Of a stretch of DNA of 64,000 nt, positions 32,021 through 41,941 are shown one piece after another. The stretch's first letter is position 1. Every line of letters starts with the position of its first letter. Under the pieces are notes generated by a model. It was given only the letters and a program-made list of their open reading frames with translations. It had not been told where the DNA came from and did not search any database. The position numbers and the translations under genes were made by a program. The stretch is from positions 384,001-448,000 of the forward strand of contig CAVUDP010000004.1 of assembly GCA_963740315.1 (NCBI GenBank). Reading direction: 5' to 3'. The DNA comes from an uncultured cyanobacterium. GTDB taxonomy: Bacteria > Cyanobacteriota > Cyanobacteriia > Cyanobacteriales > Nostocaceae.

Positions 32021-32301
32021 TAACTTTAATTTGGGGTACAAGTTTTAAACGGGCTTTTAAACGCATTGTTCGTAAAAATCCTCAGTTAGAGGAAAAAATA
32101 TTGACTGTTTTAGAACTCTTAGGTAATGACCCATTTACCAATTCTTTGAAATCACATAAACTGCGAGGTCAGTTAGAGGGGTTATGGGCTTGTTCGGTCG
32201 AATATGATTGCCGAATTATTTATACATTTGAACAAGATAGTGATAACGAAGAAGAAATAATTTTATTAGTTAATATTGGTACTCATGATGAAGTTTATTA
32301 A
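32017..32301 (+). CDS. RelE/YafQ-family mRNA interferase toxin
   Basis: SFKRAFK, LKSHKLRG, RIIY, IGTHDEVY. Confidence 0.9.
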   Translation: MITLIWGTSFKRAFKRIVRKNPQLEEKILTVLELLGNDPFTNSLKSHKLRGQLEGLWACSVEYDCRIIYTFEQDSDNEEEIILLVNIGTHDEVY

Positions 32302-32335
32302 GTTGAAGACTCTAATATTACTACAATAATTTATT

Positions 32336-32388
32336 CAGTCCTCTTAAGAGGACTTTCGCTATTAGACAGGGATTTGCAATCCCTGGCG
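32336..32388. repeat. REP-like double hairpin
   Basis: cctcttaagagg palindrome followed by cagggatt..aatccctg. Confidence 0.6.
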
Positions 32389-32521
32389 GATTAGCGGACT
32401 TTATCAACTGTAATTATGTTAAAATACCCTCAAAACAAACTAACATCTGCGGCACAATTACCGCAACATCTCATGTTAACTAAAGTAAATTTAGTCACGA
32501 GCCAAGTAGCTCTGAAGGAGG

Positions 32522-33367
32522 ATGGCTCATGGTAATATTTCTAATACAACACAACCGTTAAAACTTGAAACTAACGCAGCTAAAATCAACGAAATCAAAA
32601 AGCTGCAAAATCATCGAACTTACCGCGATTCAACCAAACAATTCTATGTAGAAGGTGTGCGTAACTTTATTAGAGTTGTCGATAATAGATTTGATATTTC
32701 CACCATAATTTATAGCGAGAAACTGCTAACATCTGCGATCGCTCGCAAACTAGTTCGTCAAAATCGTCGCGCTGGAATTCCCTGTCTAAATATTACCCCC
32801 GAACAATTTCGCATTATTTCCCATACAGAAAAAGCTTCCGGAGTTGGTGCAATTGTGCGTCAACATTGGACGAAGTTGCATGATATTTCCCTACAAGAAC
32901 GAACCTGCTGGATAATATTAGAAACAGTGCGATCGCCGGGAAACCTTGGTACCTTGATTCGCACTTCGGAAGCATTTGGAGGTGCTGGTTTCATCTTGTT
33001 AGGAAACAGTATAGATGCTTTTGACTCAAATGTAGTTCGAGCTTCAATGGGTTCTATTTACAATCAAAAATTTATTCGCACGAGTTACTCCAAATTACAC
33101 AAATGGTTGCAACATCATAATTGCACTGCAATTGGTGCTTCTCCAGATGGTGCTGTTGATTTTCATCAATTTAATTATCCCGCAACAACATTAATTTTTT
33201 TGGGAGAAGAAAGAAAAGGATTGACTCAACAACAGCGGGATTTATGTAAATATCTCGTTCGTATTCCAACAGCATCTACAGTTGATTCTCTAAACTTAGC
33301 TGTTGCAGGAAGTTTAATGATGTACGAGATTTATCGAACGCAAAATCTGGTTAATTGTCAAATGTGA
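32522..33367 (+). CDS. TrmH/SpoU family RNA methyltransferase
   Basis: PGNLGTLIRT, VRASMG, LGEERKGL, DSLNLAVA. Confidence 0.92.
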   Translation: MAHGNISNTTQPLKLETNAAKINEIKKLQNHRTYRDSTKQFYVEGVRNFIRVVDNRFDISTIIYSEKLLTSAIARKLVRQNRRAGIPCLNITPEQFRIISHTEKASGVGAIVRQHWTKLHDISLQERTCWIILETVRSPGNLGTLIRTSEAFGGAGFILLGNSIDAFDSNVVRASMGSIYNQKFIRTSYSKLHKWLQHHNCTAIGASPDGAVDFHQFNYPATTLIFLGEERKGLTQQQRDLCKYLVRIPTASTVDSLNLAVAGSLMMYEIYRTQNLVNCQM

Positions 33368-33403
33368 AAATAAGTTTAATTTTCAAACTTACATATTTGA
33401 TAT

Positions 33404-33425
33404 AGCGGGTATTTTACCCGCTTTT
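33404..33425 (+). terminator. Probable intrinsic terminator
   Basis: agcgggta-ttt-tacccgct followed by T run. Confidence 0.6.
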
Positions 33426-33486
33426 CTTCTGCAAATTAACAGTATTGTAGTAGTACGTCTAACTTAAAATTAAATAAAAATCGCCC

Positions 33487-34086
33487 ATGTCTATTCTTAA
33501 CGAAAATTCTAACTATTCTTTTCGCTCTTATTTTGAGTTATCCAACGATACCGATGAAATTCTGGCTGAATTTGACTATTTTTTTACTCGAAAACGTTTA
33601 CAACTTCCTAAAACTAACCGTGAAATTGAAGGTTTAATTCAATTACGTAACTCAATCGAAGAAACTATTCCTTATGTAACTCTTAGCAGCGAAGCAGCAA
33701 AACGAGAAATTTTAATTGCACCTGTTTTAAGTCGAGTTGCTGTAATTACTAAGCGACTTTTGAGAATTGAATATCCAGTGAAGGTAAATAACTTACTTCA
33801 AGGTAATCTTGTTTACTTGATTCAATCCCAGCATAGTTTAGTTGTAATTGAAGCGAAACGCGATGATTTAACAAAGGGTTTTACTCAACTTGCGGTAGAG
33901 ATGATTGCACTAGCAACCTTAGAAAAATCACCAGATATCATTTACGGTGTTGTGACAATGGGTGATGTATGGGTATTTGGTATTTTAGAACAAGCTTCAC
34001 GTACTATTACAAGAGATATTACTTCCTACACTTTACCCGATGGTTTGGAAGAAATAGTCAAAATATTAGTTGGGATTTTAGAGTAG
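33487..34086 (+). CDS. Hypothetical protein, PD-(D/E)xK-like fold
   Basis: EAAKREILIAPVL, VVIEAK, GFTQLAVE, YGVVTMGDVW. Confidence 0.65.
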   Translation: MSILNENSNYSFRSYFELSNDTDEILAEFDYFFTRKRLQLPKTNREIEGLIQLRNSIEETIPYVTLSSEAAKREILIAPVLSRVAVITKRLLRIEYPVKVNNLLQGNLVYLIQSQHSLVVIEAKRDDLTKGFTQLAVEMIALATLEKSPDIIYGVVTMGDVWVFGILEQASRTITRDITSYTLPDGLEEIVKILVGILE

Positions 34087-34171
34087 TTTAATATACTTCT
34101 CTTTCTTCTATTTTTCTTTGCGTCCTCTGTGTCTAGTAAGGTTTTTATCCTTATTATAAACTTGTAAACCA

Positions 34172-34615
34172 TCAACGCATCGCTACATAAACACCAGTAA
34201 AACTTCCCGCTTTCACTCCATCTGCTAAAACATCAACATTCAACTCAATTCTACTTTTTGACTTCCTTTCCAACATCTTGATAAACTTCTGCCATTGCGA
34301 CGATGGAAACGGACAAATAGCCATAAAATCACCATCAATCGGCTGAAGGTATTCTATAGAATTACGCTGGATAACAATTCGAGAAGATAAAGATAACGCT
34401 TGTAAATTAGTATGAACTAAAGTCCATCCCGCAAGAATTGCTAACGCCGAAACGCTACCACCAAAAACTGTCGAACGATGATTTATATTTGGTATTAAAG
34501 GTGCTTGTAAAGTAACACCGTGTTCATCAACTTGCTTGACTTTAACCTCCATACATTTAGATAGCGGAATATGTTCGTGAAGGTAGCTTTCAACTTCTAT
34601 AATAGTAGGAAGCAT
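34172..34615 (-). CDS. YiiD C-terminal thioesterase-like protein
   Basis: HIPLS, APLIPNINH..TVFGGS, GW. Confidence 0.85.
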   Translation of the reverse strand: MLPTIIEVESYLHEHIPLSKCMEVKVKQVDEHGVTLQAPLIPNINHRSTVFGGSVSALAILAGWTLVHTNLQALSLSSRIVIQRNSIEYLQPIDGDFMAICPFPSSQWQKFIKMLERKSKSRIELNVDVLADGVKAGSFTGVYVAMR

Positions 34616-34731
34616 AATTTTAATTTATTTACTTTTATACAGCTAATAATCGCCTCAATGATTGCAAAATAATCAAAATTTATAAATATATTTTGTTTTC
34701 TTTCATAACGTTAATCTACAACCAGTCAAAT

Positions 34732-34758
34732 TGTAGAGACGTAGCACTGCTACGTCTC
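34732..34758. repeat. GTAG-type REP, identical 27-mer also at 41811-41837
   Basis: tgtagagacgtagcactgctacgtctc. Confidence 0.9.
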
Positions 34759-34910
34759 CCTAATTTGCCGAACAAACGACAATCAACGTAACATACAACC
34801 ATAGATTAAGGATATTACGTTACCTTAAGCTAACTTTGCTATCCTCATTAAAGCAAGTCTTCTCGTATTGCAAAATACATTTACTCGTACACATCTATTA
34901 ATTCAAATTC

Positions 34911-35633
34911 ATGTTCAGCTACACTAATAAACTAATTCAAGGTTGGAAAGAACAAGTAAGTCCCCGATTATCTCCTTTACTATCATTATTATGGGTTGGA
35001 GGTTTTGCGATTGCAGCTTTTTGTGTATGGGGATTTTTTGAAATTGCAGAAAGAGTATTTGCAGAACAAACTACAGAATTTGATATAGCATTTCTACAGA
35101 GCATTTACAAGTTACATACTCCTTTATTAAATCAAATCATGACAGGAATCACATTTCTCGGTAATGGTTCAACTTTAATTTACCTTAGTTGTATTGTAGG
35201 GTTATTTTTATTAGTTAGCAGAAAATTTGCTAGTGCTTTTACTTTAGTTATCGTCACCTCTGGGGGTATCGGTTTAAATATATGGCTGAAAAATATATTT
35301 GCTCGCGTGCGCCCAGCTTTATGGGAACGTGTTGTAGAGGTTGATGTATTCAGTTTTCCCAGCGGACACGCTATGGTTTCTTTAGTTGTTTATGGTTTTA
35401 TCGGTTATTTATTAATAGCTAACTTTCGTTCTTGGAGCAGTGTATTTTTGTTTTTCACAGCTTTAATCATTTTAGCGATCGGTTTCAGTCGGCTATATTT
35501 AGGTGTTCATTATCCTACAGATGTAATTGCTGGATATGCTGCTGGATTAGTATGGTTAATTAGCTGTATTCTTAGTTTAGAAATTCTACAGTCTTTGCTG
35601 CGAAGAAAGAATCGGGAAGCTGTTAGCGATTGA
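34911..35633 (+). CDS. PAP2 family phosphatase
   Basis: K..FARVRP, SFPSGH, SRLYLGVHYPTD. Confidence 0.93.
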   Translation: MFSYTNKLIQGWKEQVSPRLSPLLSLLWVGGFAIAAFCVWGFFEIAERVFAEQTTEFDIAFLQSIYKLHTPLLNQIMTGITFLGNGSTLIYLSCIVGLFLLVSRKFASAFTLVIVTSGGIGLNIWLKNIFARVRPALWERVVEVDVFSFPSGHAMVSLVVYGFIGYLLIANFRSWSSVFLFFTALIILAIGFSRLYLGVHYPTDVIAGYAAGLVWLISCILSLEILQSLLRRKNREAVSD

Positions 35634-35676
35634 TTACAAATCATAACTTTTTATGAGGACGATTTTCGTTTAAATA

Positions 35677-36039
35677 CTACGGTAAAGGTAAATAAACAAT
35701 CCTATCTTGATATTCGTTTTCTTCAGAAGCAAGAGCTACTAATATTAATTCCTCCAAATTTTCTCCTACACTTAAATTTGGATTGAGAATAAAAATACCT
35801 GGTATGTGACGATTTTTTGCTATATGTTCATCTAAGTGAACGGGCATAGATGTCCGGTTATTTGTTACCACTACAAAATTATTGTCTTCACACCAGTCAA
35901 GAATTTCTGGATCTAAAGTACCTTTTGGTGGGAGATTTAATTCTCCTACCACTTTGACTATAATACTTGGTTCTTTTTGTCTAATTTGTTTGGGATAAAG
36001 AGGATTTACATTTTCATCAATCAAGTATTTAAGATTCAT
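35677..36039 (-). CDS. DUF5615 PIN-like putative toxin
   Basis: YLIDEN, GTLDPEIL, VVTNNR. Confidence 0.8.
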   Translation of the reverse strand: MNLKYLIDENVNPLYPKQIRQKEPSIIVKVVGELNLPPKGTLDPEILDWCEDNNFVVVTNNRTSMPVHLDEHIAKNRHIPGIFILNPNLSVGENLEELILVALASEENEYQDRIVYLPLP

Positions 36040-36376
36040 TAATTAATTGTTCGGCTTTTCTTTTTGCTCTTAATTGGCGAAGTTTGTCCGAAACAGGCAG
36101 TGGATTGAGTCTTTGTTGTTCTCTCATTCTATGACCATGCTCGTGCCATTTTCTCATATATTGGCTAACACTTTCTTGATTTTGTAAGTAGTAAAGAATA
36201 GTCGCATAGACTTGTTCTAATTTTAAAGATGTGTATGTTTGAGCAATTTCTTCTGGGGTACGACTGCGATCGAGATATTCGTACAAAATAGTTTCAATAC
36301 CAATCCTTGTTCCTTTAAGGCGAATGTCAGTAGGAGCAAGAAAGTTGAAATAATCTGTTAAAACTTGGGTTGACAT
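36029..36376 (-). CDS. DUF433 putative antitoxin
   Basis: IRLKGTRIGIE, TPEEIA..Y..L.LEQVYATILYY; overlaps PIN gene. Confidence 0.85.
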   Translation of the reverse strand: MSTQVLTDYFNFLAPTDIRLKGTRIGIETILYEYLDRSRTPEEIAQTYTSLKLEQVYATILYYLQNQESVSQYMRKWHEHGHRMREQQRLNPLPVSDKLRQLRAKRKAEQLINES

Positions 36377-36394
36377 TATATTTATATTTAACTA

Positions 36395-36421
36395 ATTCAT
36401 AAATACTATTATAAAAACTTT
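36395..36421. repeat. 27-bp direct repeat, copy 1
   Basis: attcataaatactattataaaaacttt identical to 37532-37558. Confidence 0.92.
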
Positions 36422-36688
36422 CTTAATCATTCGTGAGAGAGATAATCGCTGAAAAGCTTAAAAACACGTACTCTCGATCTGCGTATCTTCTCACGTTTCA
36501 ATTCGGATTGCTATAGTAAGTAAAATTTTCTTCATACTTGTACAACCGATTACTGCTGTAAATATTGCAACTCTCGCTTTTATCAAAGCCTTTGAAAAGA
36601 CGATTAAAAAATTTACTGAAGTAACCTGAAATAGAATTGACACCCTACGCAAGAAGATTTGGCATAAGTTAGGTATAAATGTAGTTGA

Positions 36689-36811
36689 GAGCCTCCTACT
36701 TCAGCGGGAGTTACAGCATCAGGTGTTAATGCAGTAATGCGCCAAGGTCGGCAAGCTCTTGGGACACAAAGCTATGACAAAGCGAATTTGAAAGGTAAAT
36801 GGGGTCTCTAA
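36689..36811 (+). pseudogene. 3' remnant of a gene, possibly a matrixin-like metalloprotease
   Basis: Stop-free frame EPPTSAGVTASGVNAVMRQGRQALGTQSYDKANLKGKWGL ending 7 nt before the next ATG. Confidence 0.35.
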
Positions 36812-36818
36812 ATCAACC

Positions 36819-37460
36819 ATGAAGAAACATTCCTTAATTGCTCTTATCCTCATTCCTATCTTATCGGGGTTAGCGAGCGTGGTTTCATTGCAAGCCCGCC
36901 CTAAATCAATTGCAGAGAAAAAACCTCAAGTTGATCGAGCTTCTTCCCAAAAAATAGAAACAATCAAAGGTTTGCCAGTTAAGCGTCTTCCTGGTTCAAT
37001 CATTCCTATTAATGGACTTGATGATTTAATTGCAAAATCAGACCTCATTGTTATTGGGAAGACAGACAAGTCTGTTGCTGAAGCAAAATCGCTCATTGGC
37101 AGGGATCGCGAAGGATTTATTGCTACGGCTGTTTCAGAAGTCCCTTTTAAGGTGAACAAAGTCTTTAAGGGAGATCCAACCCTCAAAGAAATTCGTCTGG
37201 GACAGCAAGCGGCTGTAGTTCAAGAAAATGGGAAATCCTACATTCGAGTGTTTGATGAATATACCCCATTAGAACCGGGCAAAAAATACGTATTGTTCCT
37301 TCGTAAAGGGATCGATACGGGTGAAGGATTGTATTTCCCAACTGGCGTAATGTATGGCAAATATAATGTCGATGGGGGTGACACAAGAGAAGATGCAGCA
37401 TTTGATGACCCAACGTTTAAGGCTATCAAAAAAGCTGTGAAAGATCGGTTCAAAGAGTAA
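36819..37460 (+). CDS. Hypothetical secreted protein
   Basis: Signal peptide; DDLIAKSDLIVIG, KVFKG, GKKYVLFL. Confidence 0.75.
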   Translation: MKKHSLIALILIPILSGLASVVSLQARPKSIAEKKPQVDRASSQKIETIKGLPVKRLPGSIIPINGLDDLIAKSDLIVIGKTDKSVAEAKSLIGRDREGFIATAVSEVPFKVNKVFKGDPTLKEIRLGQQAAVVQENGKSYIRVFDEYTPLEPGKKYVLFLRKGIDTGEGLYFPTGVMYGKYNVDGGDTREDAAFDDPTFKAIKKAVKDRFKE

Positions 37461-37499
37461 GATCCACTCACGATACAATTGTGATTGGAATAGAGTACG

Positions 37500-37531
37500 A
37501 AAGACACCTGATACCTACATTAAGTGTCTTT
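37500..37531 (+). terminator. Possible terminator hairpin
   Basis: aaagacac..gtgtcttt abutting the direct repeat. Confidence 0.4.
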
Positions 37532-37558
37532 ATTCATAAATACTATTATAAAAACTTT
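37532..37558. repeat. 27-bp direct repeat, copy 2
   Basis: Identical to 36395-36421. Confidence 0.92.
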
Positions 37559-37883
37559 ATTAACTAATTAGCACAAGCAAGCCCGATAACTACGCTCAAC
37601 CACTCATATCATATAAAGATACTATTTAAGGAAAGAAATATAAAACTTATTCACTTGATAGTTATACTGATAAATATAAAAATAAATGCTAACAAAAATT
37701 ACAATACAAACCTATTAGTTGTACGGAATAAAGGGAAATATCAATCTATTTTGATGAAACCGATGTATTGCCGATAACTAGATAATAAAAAGCACATCAA
37801 AAACGTTGAAATCCCTTATATAAAAACCGGCGAGTGCATGGTAAATTTTTCAAATCCCTTGCCTGCGCTTTCCGCTCTACATA

Positions 37884-40800
37884 ATGCATTTGCACTATTT
37901 AAACCCAGAACATCTTGAAGAATTAGTCAATAGCAGTGGCATTGATTTACACCTGGTAAAACTGAATTTTCGCTCTCTTGAAGACAAAAATGCTTATGAT
38001 TATCTATTTATTTCCGAGCTTATTCCCCGTACAAATACTGGAATAGTCAAGAGCTACTGGTTAGAACGTTATGCTCACGTACAACATGGTGGTTGGTGGT
38101 GTTCGGGGGTTGATGTATTAAATAATTGGCAGATGATGGAATGGGGATGTTTCAAACCAAACCAGCCTCGTATAAATCAAAAAGGTAAGTCTATTAAATA
38201 CGAACATCCACCTTGTACGCCGACGCGGATATTTTGTCTGCGAGTACCTTTGCAAATATGGGAACAAGTAGCGCAACGTTACAATGTCAAGCTACCCGAA
38301 ATTGCGATCGCAGATGATGGTGCTGCGATCGGTTTTTGGAAGTGGGTGATGGAACATAACATCCCCGTAATTATTTGCGAAGGTGTTAAGAAAGCAGCCA
38401 CGTTACTTACTTCGGGATATGCAGCGATCGCAGTTCCTGGAATTACCAGCGGTTATCGAGTTATTAAAGATAAATTTGGCAAAGTTATCCGTCGTCAACT
38501 TATCCCGGATTTAACAGCTTTTAGTATTACCAAACGTACTATTTATATTTGTTTTGATTTTGAAACTCAACTTAAGAAAACCAACGCTGTAAATAATGCT
38601 ATATCTCAACTTGGTTTGTTATTTCAAGAAAAAAAATGCCCGGTTCAAGTAATTGAGCTTCCGGGCATGGAAAAAGGTGTTGATGAGTTTATTGTTGCCA
38701 AAGGAGCAGCGGCATTTGATAAAATTTATCGTCAAAGTTTGAATTTAGAAGTTTATCTTGCTCGTAACAAACCCCATACTAATTTAACTATTCCTGCGGC
38801 GCTTACTGTCAACCGTCGTTATTTGGATAATATACCTTTTCCCACTTCGGGATTAGTAGGTGTGAAGTCAGCAAAGGGAACCGGAAAAACTACTGCATTG
38901 CAAGCTGTTGTAAAACAAGCATTAGATACAAATAAACCCGTTTTATTAATTACTCATAGAATCCAGTTAGGGAAATTTTTGTGCGAAAAAGTCGGGATTA
39001 AATGGGGTGTAGGTTATAAAGAATGTTCTATTCAAAATACAGGATTATGTATTGATTCGATTTGGAAGCTCAATCCTTCCGACTGGGAAGGAGCGATAGT
39101 TATTTTAGATGAAGTTGAACAATCTTTATGGCATTTGCTGCATAGTACTACCTGTAAAGATAAACGAGTAAAAATTTTAAAGTCCTTTCAGCAATTAATT
39201 TCTACAGTTTTGACAACTGGAGGATTAGTTATTGCTCAAGATGCCGATTTATCAGATGTTTCTTTAGAATATCTCCAGAAATTGGCGGGAATAAAATTAA
39301 CGCCTTGGGTTGTTGTAAATCAGTGGAAACCGGAAAAAGCTTGGGATGTAACTTTCTATGATTCTCCTAACCCTACACCGTTAATTCAACAACTAGAATT
39401 AGATTTACTCGCAGGAAGAAAATGTTATGTAACTACCGATAGTCGTTCGGGACGTTACAGTAGTGAAACAATCGAACGTTATTTAAAAGAACGTCTGGAT
39501 AAGTTACGACATTTATATCCCAAAACCTTAATAGTCAGCAGTCATACTACTAATACACCAGGTCATGAAGCGGTTGATTTTGTAGCAGCTATTAATCAAA
39601 AAATTACCGAATACGATGCTGTTTTTGTAACTCCCAGCCTTGGTACGGGAATTAGTATAGACGTGCGGCATTTTGACCGAGTTTATGGAATTTTTCAAGG
39701 AGTAATTCCAGATTCCGAAGCCAGACAAGCATTAGCGAGGGTACGCGATGATGTACCGCGTGTCGTCTGGTGTGCAAAGCGAGGAGTTGGTTTAATTGGT
39801 AGCGGTAGCACGAATTATCGATCGCTGTCTTTTTGGTATCAGGAAAATCAAAAAGAAAACTTGGCTTTATTGAGTCCAATGCATAAAATAGATGTCGATC
39901 TACCCTTAGTTTACGATCCCATTCATCTACGAACTTGGGCAAAATTATCATCAAGAGTAAACGCTTCAATTAATTTTTATCGTCAATCGATGAAGGAAGG
40001 TTTAACGGCTGAAGGACATAATTTATGGGTGCGTACCAATGACATTCAAAAAAATATTATTCGAGATTTACGCTATGCATTTTTAGCCACCGATAAAGAA
40101 GATTTAGCAAATCGCAGAAGATTGATTTTAGAAATTGTTAAAGTTAAAAAAGATTGGGAGAAAAGCCGGAATAAATCTCAAGAAATCAATCATAAATTTC
40201 AAAAAATAAAACAGCAAAATCAATTAGCGGTAGCAACTGCTGTAAGTAATGCTCCAGACATAGATTATCTAGAATACGAACAGCTAATAAAAAAACATTC
40301 CCTTACAGATGAAGAACGCTATAAAACAAATAAATACTTTCTCAGAAAAAGATACGGTGTAGAAATTACCCCTCAGCTAAAATTACAGAATGAGAAAGGC
40401 TATTATTATCAATTACGAACTCATTATTATCTAACTCATTCCAGCGACTATTTCCACATCCGAGATAAACAAGAATGGAATCAACAGTTATCCTGCGGTG
40501 AAGGAAAAGTATTTCTCCCAGACTTAAAAATCTATACTCTGAGAATAGAAGCCTTACGAGCATTAGGTGTTTTACAGTTACTCGAACCCGGTAGAGAATT
40601 TAGCGAAAATGATGCCGATTTAATATTGCTGAAAAATACCGTATTGCAGTGCAGCAGACACATTCAAAGAGCCTTAAATATTAACTTAGCAGTAGAAAAC
40701 GAGCAGGTTTCGACAATCAAAATTATTCGGCGACTATTTAATTTATTAGGTTTGAAATTGAAGCGGGTAAACAACGTATATCGTATCGATAGAGAAAAAC

Positions 40801-40937
40801 TTGATGATGGAAGAAATGAGATATTTTCTGTATGGTGTCAGCGAGATGAATTGATGTTAACGCATTTGAAAAATCTCGCTGATTCTGATATTGAGGTGAA
40901 AAGTAAAGTTGTTTTAGGTTCTACGTGCCGACTTTAG
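37884..40937 (+). CDS. CyRepA1-family replication protein (DUF3854/Toprim-like plus helicase-like NTPase)
   Basis: KYEHPP, ICEGVKKA, CFDFE, KGVDE; SAKGTGKT Walker A; ILDEVEQ; PSLGTGISID; QALARVR. Confidence 0.85.
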   Translation: MHLHYLNPEHLEELVNSSGIDLHLVKLNFRSLEDKNAYDYLFISELIPRTNTGIVKSYWLERYAHVQHGGWWCSGVDVLNNWQMMEWGCFKPNQPRINQKGKSIKYEHPPCTPTRIFCLRVPLQIWEQVAQRYNVKLPEIAIADDGAAIGFWKWVMEHNIPVIICEGVKKAATLLTSGYAAIAVPGITSGYRVIKDKFGKVIRRQLIPDLTAFSITKRTIYICFDFETQLKKTNAVNNAISQLGLLFQEKKCPVQVIELPGMEKGVDEFIVAKGAAAFDKIYRQSLNLEVYLARNKPHTNLTIPAALTVNRRYLDNIPFPTSGLVGVKSAKGTGKTTALQAVVKQALDTNKPVLLITHRIQLGKFLCEKVGIKWGVGYKECSIQNTGLCIDSIWKLNPSDWEGAIVILDEVEQSLWHLLHSTTCKDKRVKILKSFQQLISTVLTTGGLVIAQDADLSDVSLEYLQKLAGIKLTPWVVVNQWKPEKAWDVTFYDSPNPTPLIQQLELDLLAGRKCYVTTDSRSGRYSSETIERYLKERLDKLRHLYPKTLIVSSHTTNTPGHEAVDFVAAINQKITEYDAVFVTPSLGTGISIDVRHFDRVYGIFQGVIPDSEARQALARVRDDVPRVVWCAKRGVGLIGSGSTNYRSLSFWYQENQKENLALLSPMHKIDVDLPLVYDPIHLRTWAKLSSRVNASINFYRQSMKEGLTAEGHNLWVRTNDIQKNIIRDLRYAFLATDKEDLANRRRLILEIVKVKKDWEKSRNKSQEINHKFQKIKQQNQLAVATAVSNAPDIDYLEYEQLIKKHSLTDEERYKTNKYFLRKRYGVEITPQLKLQNEKGYYYQLRTHYYLTHSSDYFHIRDKQEWNQQLSCGEGKVFLPDLKIYTLRIEALRALGVLQLLEPGREFSENDADLILLKNTVLQCSRHIQRALNINLAVENEQVSTIKIIRRLFNLLGLKLKRVNNVYRIDREKLDDGRNEIFSVWCQRDELMLTHLKNLADSDIEVKSKVVLGSTCRL

Positions 40938-41142
40938 TCCTCAGATATTTCCTCTCGTTACCTCTCGTTACAAGGTTCTACCTTGTAATGCATTTCATGA
41001 GGCTCTGCCTCCATTTAGAATAGAGGCAGAGCCTTTCACAAGAAGGTTCCCAGCCAGAGACTGGGAACCAGAAATAGCTAGAGATTGGGAACCAGAAATA
41101 AAGTTGTTTTAGGTTCTACGTGCCGACTTTAGTCCTCAGATA
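40904..41142. repeat. 44-bp perfect direct repeat flanking a MITE-like insert
   Basis: 40904-40947 identical to 41099-41142. Confidence 0.92.
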
Positions 41143-41175
41143 GAAGGGCTAAAGCCCTTACTACGAACTTTGATA

Positions 41176-41766
41176 TCATCGATTTCTGGAATACCGGGGA
41201 CGACAAGGAGTACCCCAACAAACCTGTGCGTTAGGCATATCATTCAAAACCGTACTGCGGGCACCAACTACAGCATTCGCTCCAATTGTGACCCCAGGTC
41301 CGACAAAGCAATCTGTCGCAACCCAAGCACCATTACCAATTGCAACTTTCCCCGTTGTTAAACCGAAGGCTGGATCTTTGATATCGTGGCTACCAGTACA
41401 GATATAACTTTTCTGTGAAACTACGCAGTGAGAACCGATATTAATTTCGTCGATACTATATAAAACAACATCATCACCAATCCAACTGTAATCGCCAATA
41501 GTTACTTTCCAGGGATAGGTAAAACGGGCTGTAGGGCGAATCAATACATTTTTACCAATGCGTGCGCCAAAAAGACGTAACAGAGCGCAGCGTACACCAC
41601 TCATATTATGAACAGTCAGGGGAAAAGTAACAGCCTGCACGAACCACCAGAATAATATATACCAACCCGCACGCCCCCGGTCAAAGTCGGATTGGTCGTA
41701 TTTACGTAAATCTACAAAAGGTTCGGCATCTAATGTTGTGGGAATTGAAGATTGGGCATTAGGCAT
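41176..41766 (-). CDS. hpsU: WcaF-type polysaccharide acetyltransferase (HpsU-like)
   Basis: LLRLFGARIG, YPWKVTIGD, ICTGSHD, hexapeptide repeats; symbol tentative. Confidence 0.75.
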   Translation of the reverse strand: MPNAQSSIPTTLDAEPFVDLRKYDQSDFDRGRAGWYILFWWFVQAVTFPLTVHNMSGVRCALLRLFGARIGKNVLIRPTARFTYPWKVTIGDYSWIGDDVVLYSIDEINIGSHCVVSQKSYICTGSHDIKDPAFGLTTGKVAIGNGAWVATDCFVGPGVTIGANAVVGARSTVLNDMPNAQVCWGTPCRPRYSRNR

Positions 41767-41842
41767 CGTCGGGATTTTGGATTTTATATTTTGGATTTTA
41801 GATTAAAAATTGTAGAGACGTAGCACTGCTACGTCTCTTAGA

Positions 41843-41941
41843 AGTTGAAAGTTGAAAGTTGAAAGTTGAAAGTTAGGAGTTAGGAAGCTTGGAGTTAGAA
41901 GTTAAAAGTTTTTTCTACCCCCTCTACCCCATCTCCCCATC
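41843..41941. repeat. Composite repeat: heptamers GAAAGTT/GGAGTTA, linker, C-rich tract
   Basis: Read directly; abuts stop codon of GT2 gene. Confidence 0.8.

Noticed and set aside
35677..41168. Complete integrated plasmid or prophage around CyRepA1
   Set aside because: No integrase, tRNA, structural or transfer genes; the direct repeats found do not enclose the rep gene.
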